64,000 bases of DNA from an uncultured bacterium. Its GTDB lineage: Bacteria; Oederibacteriota; JAAXVQ01; JAUVAV01. How positions within the stretch are numbered: position 1 is the stretch's first letter; each line of letters starts with the position of its first letter. This document shows, piece by piece, positions 1 to 8,940 of the stretch. The notes beneath the pieces were generated by a model, which worked only from the letters and a program-made list of their open reading frames with translations, made no database searches and was not told where the DNA came from. Location: the NCBI GenBank assembly GCA_963710755.1, contig CAVQBK010000003.1, positions 211,605 through 275,604 of the forward strand. Direction: 5' to 3'. The translations under genes and the position numbers were made by a program.

Positions 1-1121
1 TGGGGATTGACCACGCCTTCCACCCCGGTCTCGGGATTTTTGAATTCCTCCACCAGCAGGGTGGTCAGGCTGCCGTCATTGATCCAATCGCGCACTTGCT
101 CCACATTGGCCTGGGTGGGCAAGCTCAACAGCAGATCAGCCGACGTGGTGCCGCAGGGCAAGGTGGGCTTGACTCCGTCCCAGGGATACAGCTTGATGTC
201 GTTGAGCAAGGCATCCATGAAGCACGTGCCCTTGCTCACAAAAAATTGGCTGTCGCTGTCCGGCTTTTCATGGCCGGTCCAGAAGGTGATGGTCTCCAGC
301 GGCATGCCTTGGGGATCGAGAGCGATCTCCAGATGCTGCCCTCCGGCCAATTTAACTGCCAGCCAGGTCACGGCCTGCTGGCCCTGATGAATATGGTAAT
401 CCATCAGACGGGCATGCCTGGCCAGGGACACACGCTTGCGGGCTGAGGTCAAGTAGGCCTCGTTCATAACCCGGTCCTGGAAATCGCTGAGCTCATCGGC
501 CGCCGCGCTGAATAAATCCATAAGCACCATATCCAGGTCCGCTTCACTGGTGGGTTGCCAGTTAGGCACGCGGGCCATCATGGCGGCGATCAACTGATGA
601 CGAAAAGAGGCGTAGTCCTTGCTCAAATAATCTATGCGCGGCTCGCTCTGCGCCGGACCGGCTTTTTCCCAATCAGGCGCGCAGTCGGCGCTGAAACAGC
701 CGGGCCGGAACTTGAAATCCAGTTCGCTCAGCAAAGGATCGATTTTGTAGGTGTCCAGGTCATTGATCGCCAGGGTGTAGGTGGAATAATCACCCACCGG
801 CGCGACGGTGAGACTGATTTTTTGCTGGCTCACCTGGCCTTCGATTTTGGTCACATGGATCTGATCCTTCAGCCATCCGCCGATAATACGCTGGCCCCCG
901 CTGATGGAAAAAACCTTGCAGGTCTGCTCCGGGCTGGTTGTAAACTCATCGAGCAGCTTTTGCAGTTTATGCTTGTTGTAAAAGTACACGTCCAGCACCG
1001 CATGGTCCGGATCAGGCCCGGACGGCAACCTGACCAGCACGAGCTGCATGCCATTGTAAGCGCCCAGGGTCTTGACCCGGTTGTTGAGGGCTTCCTGATC
1101 AATAATGGCCATGGTTCCCAT
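1..1121 (-). CDS. Baseplate J-like protein (gp6/gpJ/Afp11 family); N-terminal ~373 codons, C-terminus lies beyond window start
   Basis: Minus-strand frame is open from ATG at 1121 (GGAG just upstream; alternative ATG at 1112) to position 1. The ORF track misses it because it is truncated. Translation contains the baseplate-J signature stretch NWQPTSEADLDMVLMDLFSAAADELSDFQDRVMNEAYLTSARKRVSLARHARLMDY. It follows the gp25 gene, as in P2 W-J and Afp9-Afp11. The plus-strand ORFs listed here (7..387, 96..446, 555..1145) are antisense artefacts. Confidence 0.75.
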   Translation of the reverse strand, partial: MGTMAIIDQEALNNRVKTLGAYNGMQLVLVRLPSGPDPDHAVLDVYFYNKHKLQKLLDEFTTSPEQTCKVFSISGGQRIIGGWLKDQIHVTKIEGQVSQQKISLTVAPVGDYSTYTLAINDLDTYKIDPLLSELDFKFRPGCFSADCAPDWEKAGPAQSEPRIDYLSKDYASFRHQLIAAMMARVPNWQPTSEADLDMVLMDLFSAAADELSDFQDRVMNEAYLTSARKRVSLARHARLMDYHIHQGQQAVTWLAVKLAGGQHLEIALDPQGMPLETITFWTGHEKPDSDSQFFVSKGTCFMDALLNDIKLYPWDGVKPTLPCGTTSADLLLSLPTQANVEQVRDWINDGSLTTLLVEEFKNPETGVEGVVNP

Positions 1122-1135
1122 GTCTCCTTAAATCT

Positions 1136-1170
1136 AGTATTGTAGGGCACGGTCTCGACCGTGCTCTACA
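1136..1170. repeat. Intergenic palindromic hairpin element (copy A): ATTGTAGGGCACGGTC-tcg-GACCGTGCTCTACAAC
   Basis: 15-bp inverted repeat with one mismatch, located between the baseplate-J and gp25 genes. It shares the ends ATTGTAGGG...CTACAAC with the element at 1592-1628. Confidence 0.5.
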
Positions 1171-1187
1171 ACCCCGTCTGGACTACC

Positions 1188-1574
1188 CTATTTACTCTCG
1201 CTGTCCCGCTGGAACCTGAGTACTCTGGAGTCCTGTGTGCCTTTCAACCGGTAGGTCAACTCCACCACCAGCGCGCTTTCCTGGCTAAACTCTACTTTTA
1301 AATCCTCCATGGTCACCCGCTCGCCCAGCCAGCGCGCCAGGGCCTGAGTGATCCTGGCCTTGGCCATGCCCTCGGTCTGCTTGTCCATATTTTCAAACAG
1401 CAGCATGCGCACACCGGCGCCGAATTCGGTCACAAACGGGCGCTCACCGGGATTGGTAAGAATCAGCTGCACCACCTCATCACGCACATGGTCAGGCAGA
1501 TTGTCCACTGTGGCGGTCCGGCCATCCCGGTGGATGCGAAAAGGAAAAGATAAATGTTTGCCATAGATCCCCAT
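1188..1574 (-). CDS. Baseplate wedge protein, GPW/gp25 family (lysozyme-like fold)
   Basis: 128 aa. Size, the internal ...LILTNPGERPF...FGAG... region and its position between the PAAR and baseplate-J genes fit gpW/gp25/Afp9. Confidence 0.75.
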   Translation of the reverse strand: MGIYGKHLSFPFRIHRDGRTATVDNLPDHVRDEVVQLILTNPGERPFVTEFGAGVRMLLFENMDKQTEGMAKARITQALARWLGERVTMEDLKVEFSQESALVVELTYRLKGTQDSRVLRFQRDSESK

Positions 1575-1591
1575 AAGCTCTCCTAATCCAT

Positions 1592-1628
1592 TATTGTAGG
1601 GAACGGTCGTGACCCTTCCCTACAACGT
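1592..1628. repeat. Intergenic palindromic hairpin element (copy B): ATTGTAGGGAA-loop-TTCCCTACAAC
   Basis: 10-bp perfect stem between the gp25 and PAAR genes. Its termini match element A at 1136-1170. Confidence 0.5.
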
Positions 1629-1663
1629 CGGATATTGTTTTTTATTTTTCGATTCTCGATTTT

Positions 1664-1999
1664 CTAAACCCCTTCCACCTTGGGCTGGGTCTGGCTGATC
1701 AGCGCCATACCCTGCGGCGCGCCCTCCGGACTCTTGCACAGCCCGATGCTGCTTTCCATTAATAGCTTCTGCCCGTCCGTGGTGGCCATGGTCGTGCCCG
1801 CCTGCCATTCAATAGTCAGGCAAGGCGACGGCTTGGGCCCGGGCAAGGTGAAGGCGCAACCCGCAATCTGGTGCACATCCGATTCGAGCAGCACCGGTGC
1901 CCCCAGGGCCGAGACTTTTTGGTTGGCCGTGCTGAGAATAGCCATGCCGCCATGAGGACATTGAATAGTGGATTGAATAGTCAAATATTTCCCTGCCAT
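1664..1999 (-). CDS. PAAR-domain spike-tip protein
   Basis: 111 aa with the CPHGG motif, several Gly/Ala-rich turns and small size. Sits directly downstream of the spike (gpV) gene with start and stop abutting at 1999. Confidence 0.65.
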   Translation of the reverse strand: MAGKYLTIQSTIQCPHGGMAILSTANQKVSALGAPVLLESDVHQIAGCAFTLPGPKPSPCLTIEWQAGTTMATTDGQKLLMESSIGLCKSPEGAPQGMALISQTQPKVEGV

Positions 2000-2535
2000 C
2001 AGCTCACCTTGAAGGCACCGTCATTGACATCAAGGCCGCTGTCCTTAAGGCTGATCACCTTGCTGCCCACGGTGAGTTTGATTTCCGAAGACCCGATCAC
2101 CAGCTCCGGTCCGTCGGGATGTTTCAATCGGATCTCCATGGCACTGTCATCCATGATCAATTCCAGTCTTTCCGGGGTAATGAGTCCCCTTATTTGGGCA
2201 TCATCCTTGGTTTGGCTGGGAGGTTCATCCTGGGCCCACCAGAACCCGGTCCACAGAGGCGCACTCTTGAGCCCGGCTTCGAATTCCACCCATACACCAT
2301 CCTCTTCTTTTGGCAGCACCACCAAGCCATAGCCATCGCCTGCAAAAGGCACGCACGGCGTCATCCATGGCGAGAGTTGCCCGCTACCCCACACTTTGGG
2401 CACCTCGGCTTTGATGTACCCGGTTGCAGGATCGACTTGCTTGACCCGTCCCCGGTACTTGCCGAAATAGCGTTCCTCCAGAAAGGTCCTGATATCCGCG
2501 ACCACATTTTCTTCTACAGCCATGGTTCCACCCAC
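1999..2535 (-). CDS. Baseplate spike protein, gpV/gp5 N-terminal OB-fold family (VgrG/Afp8-like)
   Basis: 178 aa. Position between the gpD-like and PAAR genes, and the typical size of P2 gpV-type spikes. Ends ...GAFKVS. Confidence 0.65.
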   Translation of the reverse strand: MGGTMAVEENVVADIRTFLEERYFGKYRGRVKQVDPATGYIKAEVPKVWGSGQLSPWMTPCVPFAGDGYGLVVLPKEEDGVWVEFEAGLKSAPLWTGFWWAQDEPPSQTKDDAQIRGLITPERLELIMDDSAMEIRLKHPDGPELVIGSSEIKLTVGSKVISLKDSGLDVNDGAFKVS

Positions 2536-2565
2536 CTTTGCCAGGCCCTGAGGCCGGTTTTGGGC

Positions 2566-3729
2566 TTACACAATACTGAAAGAAACATTTACCGATACAC
2601 TGAGGCTGCCGGTCAGGCTGCTCTCACTTTGCTCCACATCACTGGTGGCGTTGCCCATCACCGTGAACTCCTGGCTGTACTCGTCCCAGGTCAAATGGTG
2701 AATCACCTTGGTCAGCACATAATGGCCGCTCAAGGCCGTGCGGCCGGCGTGAATGGCCACCATCTTGAAGGGCTGGAGTACACCGCCATAACAGGGCGCC
2801 TTGACCATGCCGCCGCCTTGGTAGGCATAGAGCGAGGCATTGCTCGCGCCCTGAACCATCTGCTGGGCATCGGCATCTTCATCGCTGTACTGCGACAACC
2901 GCCGGGTGGCGGTCTGGGACTCATCGCTGTAAGGCGCCTGCGAGCCCATGAGCGAAGCATCGCGAAAGCTGGAGGTGGCTGAGGTAATGCCCTTGTCATC
3001 GAGGCTAATGCTGTCCGTCACATAAGTGGCCGGCTGCTGGGCATTATGATGAACATCAAAACGGCTCACATTGCGGTCATCGCCGAGGGTGATCATGGTG
3101 GGCAACTGCTCGTCCAGGTTCTCGGGAAAATCCTTGAAGCAGCCAATGCTCTGGCCCCGGGTCTCCCCGGGCAGCACATAGGCATGCAAATGGTAAGTGG
3201 ACGCCAAGGTGCGAATCAGGCGTATGGGCATGCCCGAGAGGGTGCGGTCCGTGCGTTGCGTACTTGGCCGCGCCGGCAGGTTGGCCACATCGGTCTCCGT
3301 GATCTGGGCCGCGGCTTTGCCGAAGAGGTACTCCACGATCTCCTGATCACTGCGCTCGCCGGCTTCTTCGTGAATGGTTTCGCGGTTGAGATAGACGCTG
3401 TCATCATGCACGATCAAGGTCAGTTCACTCTGCCCTGGTTCAGGCTGCATGGCATTGTCTTGGCCCACCACCGGCCCGTCGATCAGGGCTACCCAATGCT
3501 CGCCGTCCGCCTTGACTTCAATACGTATGCGGCCGAAGGATTGAAAAAAGCGCTGATCCTGGTCGTTCCAGGCGCCCTGCGCATCGAGGCACAAGGGCCA
3601 GCGCAGTTGCGCTTCCCAGGCCTGATCCATCTCCTGGGTCACGGTAATGCCCAGGATGCGCTCCAGCTGATCCTGGGTAGCGCTCTGATCATCGAAGAAG
3701 ATTCTGAAATAAGTGGTCTTATCGCCCAT
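2566..3729 (-). CDS. Phage late control gene D-like protein (gpD / baseplate hub, gp27-like)
   Basis: 387 aa, placed immediately after the LysM gpX-like gene, matching the P2 X-D order. Size typical of gpD. Confidence 0.6.
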   Translation of the reverse strand: MGDKTTYFRIFFDDQSATQDQLERILGITVTQEMDQAWEAQLRWPLCLDAQGAWNDQDQRFFQSFGRIRIEVKADGEHWVALIDGPVVGQDNAMQPEPGQSELTLIVHDDSVYLNRETIHEEAGERSDQEIVEYLFGKAAAQITETDVANLPARPSTQRTDRTLSGMPIRLIRTLASTYHLHAYVLPGETRGQSIGCFKDFPENLDEQLPTMITLGDDRNVSRFDVHHNAQQPATYVTDSISLDDKGITSATSSFRDASLMGSQAPYSDESQTATRRLSQYSDEDADAQQMVQGASNASLYAYQGGGMVKAPCYGGVLQPFKMVAIHAGRTALSGHYVLTKVIHHLTWDEYSQEFTVMGNATSDVEQSESSLTGSLSVSVNVSFSIV

Positions 3730-3891
3730 TACAAGTCCTTTCTCTTAGAGACGGGTTCACAACCAACGATCCCCTCGCCTCTTGCGCGTCTAGTCCAGCA
3801 ACGTCGGAAAGGTGCCCCCCACCCAGCCTCTCCCCCAACTTGGGGGAAAGGAGATATTGCAGTTTGAGCCGGTGCGCTGCCATAGGGTCTC

Positions 3892-4182
3892 TTATTGCTG
3901 CGGCACAATAATGGTGCTGTTAGCCTCTGCTAACTCGTCAGCCTCGAGGCTGCTGTTGGCATCGGCAATATGCCAGAACTTACTGTCATCCTTATACGTC
4001 TTGCCGGCCAGCAGATCGAGTCGGTCCTGTTTTTGCAGAATGGTCTCTTGGCCGCGCACAGCCGGAAGCCGCCGTAGCTTGATAGCCACCACGCTGGTAC
4101 CGTCCGCCTGGGTCACGGTCATGGTCTCCACTTTTTTGTAGCGCGAGTTGTCGGCAAACATAGGGAACCTCCTTGGGTTCAC
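3892..4182 (-). CDS. Tail protein X-like (LysM-like domain)
   Basis: 96-aa ORF directly upstream of the gpD-like gene. Its C-terminal half (...DSKFWHIADANSSLEADELAEANSTIIVPQQ) resembles the LysM-like gpX fold. Confidence 0.55.
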   Translation of the reverse strand: MNPRRFPMFADNSRYKKVETMTVTQADGTSVVAIKLRRLPAVRGQETILQKQDRLDLLAGKTYKDDSKFWHIADANSSLEADELAEANSTIIVPQQ

Positions 4183-4302
4183 TTTTTAGGAGCGCGAAAA
4201 TTTAATCTAAACCATGAAAATCGAGAATCAAAAACAGACCACCATTGAGCTCCTTGCTAGGGCTCAATGGCTCCAGGAGCCTGCGCGACCATGCTCAGGC
4301 TC

Positions 4303-4983
4303 CTAAAACGGTATCATCTCCGCGATCTGGCTCACCGTGTTGGCCAGGTTGGCAATGGCCTGCACTTCCTTGACTGCATTGGTATAGTCCAGTGCGCCTT
4401 TGGCAATCCAATCATCACTGCAGGGATCAGCACCGGGCACGCCCAAGGTCAGTGATACTTCGGCCTGGATGGGATTGAGCCAGGCGTCGTATAACTTTTC
4501 ATTGATGGTCATGGATTGAATGACCACAGGCAGCACTTTCAGGGGCCCCCAGATGAACAGAATCTTGGGAAAGGCTTTTCTGGGAATCGGCTGCACGGCG
4601 GCATCCTCTCCGCCGCCCAGCCCCAAGGCCGAGCCAATGGCATCAAGCGCCGCGCCCATCAAGCCGCCGGCCATGTTGGTGGGATAGACCATTTTTTCCA
4701 GAGCCGCCAGGCGCGTGCCCACGCCAAAGGTCTTGGCCAGAATATTTTTGTCTTTCAATTCATCGCTGGCATTGAAATGGGCGGTCAGGCTGATGGTCTC
4801 GGTCGGGCTCTCTCCGGCCTGGCTGGTTTCCCGGGCCTGGCCGGAGAGAGGCCGGGCCGGAATCTGGATGCTGCGCGACAAGGACTCGGGATTGAATTGA
4901 AAAATGACCAGATTGGGAATAGGCCCCAGGAAGTCGCTGCCGTATTCCACCAACGCACCGCGAATGAATTTCCCCATGGTCAC
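4303..4983 (-). CDS. Tube-fold (T4 gp19-like) protein, putative tube initiator/baseplate-tube connector (Afp5/Afp7-like)
   Basis: 226 aa. The N-terminal IPNLVIFQFNPESL resembles the T4 gp19 PNLFQVEI motif. Second tube-family gene in the locus. Confidence 0.45.
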   Translation of the reverse strand: MTMGKFIRGALVEYGSDFLGPIPNLVIFQFNPESLSRSIQIPARPLSGQARETSQAGESPTETISLTAHFNASDELKDKNILAKTFGVGTRLAALEKMVYPTNMAGGLMGAALDAIGSALGLGGGEDAAVQPIPRKAFPKILFIWGPLKVLPVVIQSMTINEKLYDAWLNPIQAEVSLTLGVPGADPCSDDWIAKGALDYTNAVKEVQAIANLANTVSQIAEMIPF

Positions 4984-5129
4984 GCTCCACCTTTTTAGAA
5001 TCCTTACTGTTTAAATGCCGTGTCTCCGGGATCTATGTTTTTGGCAAAGATCGTATTCTTTACCTCCGACCCTTCTGGAGCTAAGGGTTCGAATTTTTCA
5101 GCCCTTACAATTAAACAAGATCTCCAAAT

Positions 5130-5450
5130 TCATATCTTTAACTCTCCGTTCTTTACGGGCGTGCCGTGAGACCTAGCCTTTATTCCCGCTTGGTCCTGCC
5201 GGGCCCGATCCAGGGCTTGCTCAATGCGCACCGCGCCTTGGCTCTGGGCTGTCCCCGGACTGGCGCCCGGAGAGAGGGTCAGGTGAACCGGCCCCAGGTT
5301 TTCAATAGTGCTGCTGTGATGGATCAGGTCTTCCCGGCCGGCCAGCCGGCGCAGCAGGGCCTGTCCCAACTCTTGCGCCCAGGCTTGCGCTTCCCGGGCA
5401 CTCAGGCCGTTGACACGCATATTAAGGTGCTCGATCCTGAGCTGCTTCAT
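5130..5450 (-). CDS. Hypothetical protein, eCIS-associated (106 aa)
   Basis: Stop/start overlaps the upstream ATPase gene (5447-5450) and it sits in the same operon. No recognisable motif. Confidence 0.35.
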   Translation of the reverse strand: MKQLRIEHLNMRVNGLSAREAQAWAQELGQALLRRLAGREDLIHHSSTIENLGPVHLTLSPGASPGTAQSQGAVRIEQALDRARQDQAGIKARSHGTPVKNGELKI

Positions 5451-7615
5451 ACCTGGTCCACCAGTGAGGCAAAGGCCCCGAATTGTTCCAGGCTCACCGA
5501 CCGGCCTGATTTTTCATATTCCCGTTTAAGGGCCACCATAACTTTGTCCATGCTCAGCTTGCCCTTGAATCCCGAGGCAAGCGGCCTGGCGCCACCGGCG
5601 CTTTGCAGGCAGGCCTGGAACACCACGGACCGGATATGGCCCCCGGCCAGGGGAAATTGTTTGGCCAAATAGCCCAGATCCAGGGCGCTGCGGTCCACCC
5701 CATTCGGGATAACCTGCTGCCAGATGCGCAGCCGCTCTTCCTCGCCGGGCATGGGAAAATCAATGATAAAGCGCAAGCGCCGCACAAAGGCTTCATCCAA
5801 ATCTTTTTTACGGTTGGTGGCCAGAATGGCCAGGCCTTTGAAGCGCTCCATGCGCTCCAGCAAATAACTGATCTCCAGGTTGGCATAGCGGTCATGGGCA
5901 TCCTTGACTTCAGACCGCTTGCCGAAGAGCGCATCCGCTTCGTCAAAAAACAGAATGGTGTCCGCGATATCAGCCAAGTCGAAAAGGCGTTTTAAATTTT
6001 TCTCCGTTTCCCCGATATACTTGCTGGCTACCTGGGACAAATCAATACGCACCATGGGCAGGCCCAGTAGAAGGGCCAGCCGCTCGGCGGCCATGGTTTT
6101 GCCTGTACCCGGCGGGCCGGCAAAGAGGGCTGTGATGCCGCTTTCATTCCAGGCCGCGGCTGTGCCCCACTCATAATGCACCTTGGTCAAGGCCTGCATG
6201 CTGGTAAGCAGTTCCTGATAATGGGCCTGTTGCTTGGCCGGCAGAACAACCTCTTCTTCCTGAAAGCGGGGGGTGACCCTTTGCGCCAGTTCGCCCATGT
6301 CCAGCGGTACCTGGGCCCAGCAGGCTGTGGCCAGGTCCTGACTGGTCAATGGCCGTCCGAGGGCCTGCAGGCTTTGGCCCACAGCGCTTATGGTGGCGCG
6401 CTCAAAGCGAAAGCGCCGGGCGCATTCCGCCATCTCCTGGTCCAGGCCCTGAGCCTGATCCTGCAATAGCTCATTCCAAGTCTCCAGGCGCTGCTTATAG
6501 GTCAGACTGGGCAGCTCCACCGCGGGCAGACGGTAAGCTGATGGCAGATGGGCCAGAGACTGGCGCTCCAGAAGACTGATGAAGATGGTAATGGGAATAG
6601 TCAGGCGCGGCAGCTGGTCCAGGGCAAGCTGCGGCCGCTCCTGGGTCAGCAACAGCACCTGTTCTTCATCAAGAAATAAATCCACCCCTTTAAGCCAGCA
6701 TAAGGTGGCCAAGCCGTCGCGAAAGGCTTTGGTGTTAAGCAGCAGCGGATCTTCCTGGAAGCGCACCACAGGCCGTTCCATTTGCTGGGCCATGAGGCAG
6801 GCCATGCCGCTAAAGGGACCGTGCTTAACACCCCACAAAGGCACCAGCCGGGCATGGCCGGGGTCTTCCTTGACCAGCCGGGCTGCGGTCATGGCTGCGG
6901 TGGCTGTAAGCTCCAGGCCGTGCGCTTCGGAAGCATTTACCACCTCCAGGCCATGGTCATGAGTACTGTTGGGATAAAGCAAGGAAGCCGCAATTAAGGG
7001 CGGCAGGCTAAGAGGCTGCTCCCAACCAAGGTGCTGATCAAAAGGCCCGGCCGGGGGTTGCAACAACCCAAAATGAAAAAGCCTGTGCGCCGGATTAAGC
7101 AATGCCATGAGCTGTTCCGGCTGATCCCATAAGCGCTGGGCCAAGGCCAGGGTAGGCCGGGTTTTAAGGGCATCATGCTGGCAGACCGCCAGCACCGCGC
7201 TGACCGAACTGTCCACCACCGGCAGCAACCCCATGGCCAGCACAAAGGTCTCCATGGGCCCCAACTGCAAGGTGGCCACCACCCAGGCAAAGGAGCCTCG
7301 CCTGACCTTGGCTGTGGTCATCAAGGGCTCCTGCAATTGCTCGGTCAGATAGCGGCCGGTAGGATCGTTTTTAAAGAACGACTGTTTTTTGTCCCAGCTG
7401 CGCTGATGACCCAGGGCGGCTGCGGCCTTGTCCTGCAAAGGCGGCAGGGTATCAGGCCTGGTAGCGGGCAACACGCCTTGCTCAAACCAGAGCCAGGCAA
7501 TTTCCCGGCGCAGGCGCAAGGTTACCTGGCGCAGCCAGTATTGGGCCACAGGATCCTCCACCTGAAGGCCCGGACTGAAGGTGACTTTAGGTCCATTGCC
7601 CGTGCTCACGGTCAT
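5447..7615 (-). CDS. AAA+ ATPase (Afp15/CDC48-like), eCIS hallmark
   Basis: 722 aa. C-terminal AAA module has Walker A GPPGTGKT, Walker B ILFFDEADALF, and second region of homology ILATNRKKDLDEAFVRRL. Large N-terminal extension as in Afp15. Confidence 0.8.
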   Translation of the reverse strand: MTVSTGNGPKVTFSPGLQVEDPVAQYWLRQVTLRLRREIAWLWFEQGVLPATRPDTLPPLQDKAAAALGHQRSWDKKQSFFKNDPTGRYLTEQLQEPLMTTAKVRRGSFAWVVATLQLGPMETFVLAMGLLPVVDSSVSAVLAVCQHDALKTRPTLALAQRLWDQPEQLMALLNPAHRLFHFGLLQPPAGPFDQHLGWEQPLSLPPLIAASLLYPNSTHDHGLEVVNASEAHGLELTATAAMTAARLVKEDPGHARLVPLWGVKHGPFSGMACLMAQQMERPVVRFQEDPLLLNTKAFRDGLATLCWLKGVDLFLDEEQVLLLTQERPQLALDQLPRLTIPITIFISLLERQSLAHLPSAYRLPAVELPSLTYKQRLETWNELLQDQAQGLDQEMAECARRFRFERATISAVGQSLQALGRPLTSQDLATACWAQVPLDMGELAQRVTPRFQEEEVVLPAKQQAHYQELLTSMQALTKVHYEWGTAAAWNESGITALFAGPPGTGKTMAAERLALLLGLPMVRIDLSQVASKYIGETEKNLKRLFDLADIADTILFFDEADALFGKRSEVKDAHDRYANLEISYLLERMERFKGLAILATNRKKDLDEAFVRRLRFIIDFPMPGEEERLRIWQQVIPNGVDRSALDLGYLAKQFPLAGGHIRSVVFQACLQSAGGARPLASGFKGKLSMDKVMVALKREYEKSGRSVSLEQFGAFASLVDQV

Positions 7616-8781
7616 GGCAATACCACCTCAGGACTTTGTTTGGCCTGCTGGCCATTGACCATTAAAATCACCCGATAGGTGCCGCCCGCTGGTTTGGTGC
7701 TGTTGGTGATGGCCACACTCAGGCTGGTCTGGTTCACGCTGCCCGGCAGATCGTCGTAAAGCTTAACCACCGTACCGGCCTGGTACAAGGCCACGCTGAT
7801 GGCGTCATCCACGCCGCCCAGCAAGGCACCGCTCAGGCTGATGGTGCCGTAATCACCGTTGGGGGTGAAGCCGGGTGTTCCCGTAATCGTCGGCAGCACC
7901 TGGATGGTGATCAGGTTGCTTTTTTGCACCCGGCCTGAAGGCAGGGGCTTGGTGAGTACCATGGGCCATTCCCCCGCGGACAGGGTATGAGCCGCCACCA
8001 AAGCCGCGATGGAGGCCACCATGCGGTCAGCGGTGGTGGTGTGATGATCAATGGCCATTTCCTGGTCATGAACATAGGCTTTCAAATCAGGCAAGGTGAG
8101 ATTCTCACCGATGATGATCACCTCATCGCCAGCCTCCACTTTTTCCTGCTCAGGATGATCAAGCACGGCCATGTCGCTGGGCCAGACGCCGAGCTGAATG
8201 CCCGCCTCGCCAATGGTGGTGGCACTGGTGTAATCAATGCCCACCAGCAAATTGTAGGAGGGCGGGGTGGTGCCGGTGATCATGATGGGCCGCACCTGAA
8301 AGGCCATGGAGAAGCGGTACTTCTCGTCATTGCCCTGCATCAGTTTGGAAAGCAGGTCGGCCGTGCTTTCGTCAAAGGTGATTTTTAATTCTTCCGGATT
8401 GTCCTTAAGCGCTTTTTGAATATCTGCCGGCACGGCGCTGCTTAATTGCAGCAAGGTCAGATCGCGCAGGGCGCGCAGGCCTTTGCCCAGATTGAGATGG
8501 GCTTTGCGCGTGTCACTCTCGCCGCCTTCATCAAAAGGCGTGAGTAAATATTTAAGCACCAGCCACAGGGGAGGATTCTGGCCTTCCGTGAGAGGCGTGT
8601 TTTTCAGGCTGGTGTCAAACACCGCTTCATACAGAAAAAGATTGAGCCGCGCGCCCGTGCTGTGGCTTTGATTGTCCCCGGGCCGCCCTACGCTGATGTC
8701 CAGGCCGGTGTGGTTGTGCAGTTTTTCTTCCAGTAAATGAGTCACTGCGCCAATGGCATCGGTTGTGTCCAGTTGAGCCAT
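7612..8781 (-). CDS. DUF4255 (Pvc16_N) protein, tail terminator/cap (Afp16-like)
   Basis: N-terminus has the family signature RLNLFLYEAVFD...PPLWLVLKYLLTPF (cf. LNLFLYRV / HYLLTAW). Overlaps the ATPase start by 4 nt. Confidence 0.65.
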   Translation of the reverse strand: MAQLDTTDAIGAVTHLLEEKLHNHTGLDISVGRPGDNQSHSTGARLNLFLYEAVFDTSLKNTPLTEGQNPPLWLVLKYLLTPFDEGGESDTRKAHLNLGKGLRALRDLTLLQLSSAVPADIQKALKDNPEELKITFDESTADLLSKLMQGNDEKYRFSMAFQVRPIMITGTTPPSYNLLVGIDYTSATTIGEAGIQLGVWPSDMAVLDHPEQEKVEAGDEVIIIGENLTLPDLKAYVHDQEMAIDHHTTTADRMVASIAALVAAHTLSAGEWPMVLTKPLPSGRVQKSNLITIQVLPTITGTPGFTPNGDYGTISLSGALLGGVDDAISVALYQAGTVVKLYDDLPGSVNQTSLSVAITNSTKPAGGTYRVILMVNGQQAKQSPEVVLP

Positions 8782-8915
8782 GATGCTCCTCGTCCGTCAT
8801 TCAACTACCCCGCGCTTGACATGATTTGGAATAATCTATCCTTCCATGTCACAGCGTTAGCGCGGGGATGGTTGGATATGATATGAAATAGATCATTATT
8901 TCTATTCGCTTCATC

Positions 8916-8935
8916 CCCGCCTTATAAGGCGGGGA
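8916..8935 (-). terminator. Perfect 20-bp palindrome CCCCGCCTTATAAGGCGGGG immediately 3' of the tape-measure-like gene (candidate intra-operon attenuator)
   Basis: Seen directly. Not followed by a clean U-run on the minus strand, so at best a partial terminator or RNA-processing site. A second inverted repeat CCCCGCGC...GCGCGGGG lies at 8807-8865. Confidence 0.25.
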
Positions 8936-8940
8936 ATTCG

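Noticed and set aside
555-1145. Long plus-strand ORFs over the eCIS region (for example 7..387, 555..1145, 2119..2982, 3046..3867, 4516..4998, 10680..11306)
   Set aside because: The opposite strand encodes recognisable phage-tail proteins in the same intervals. GC-rich DNA generates long antisense ORFs. No motifs seen.
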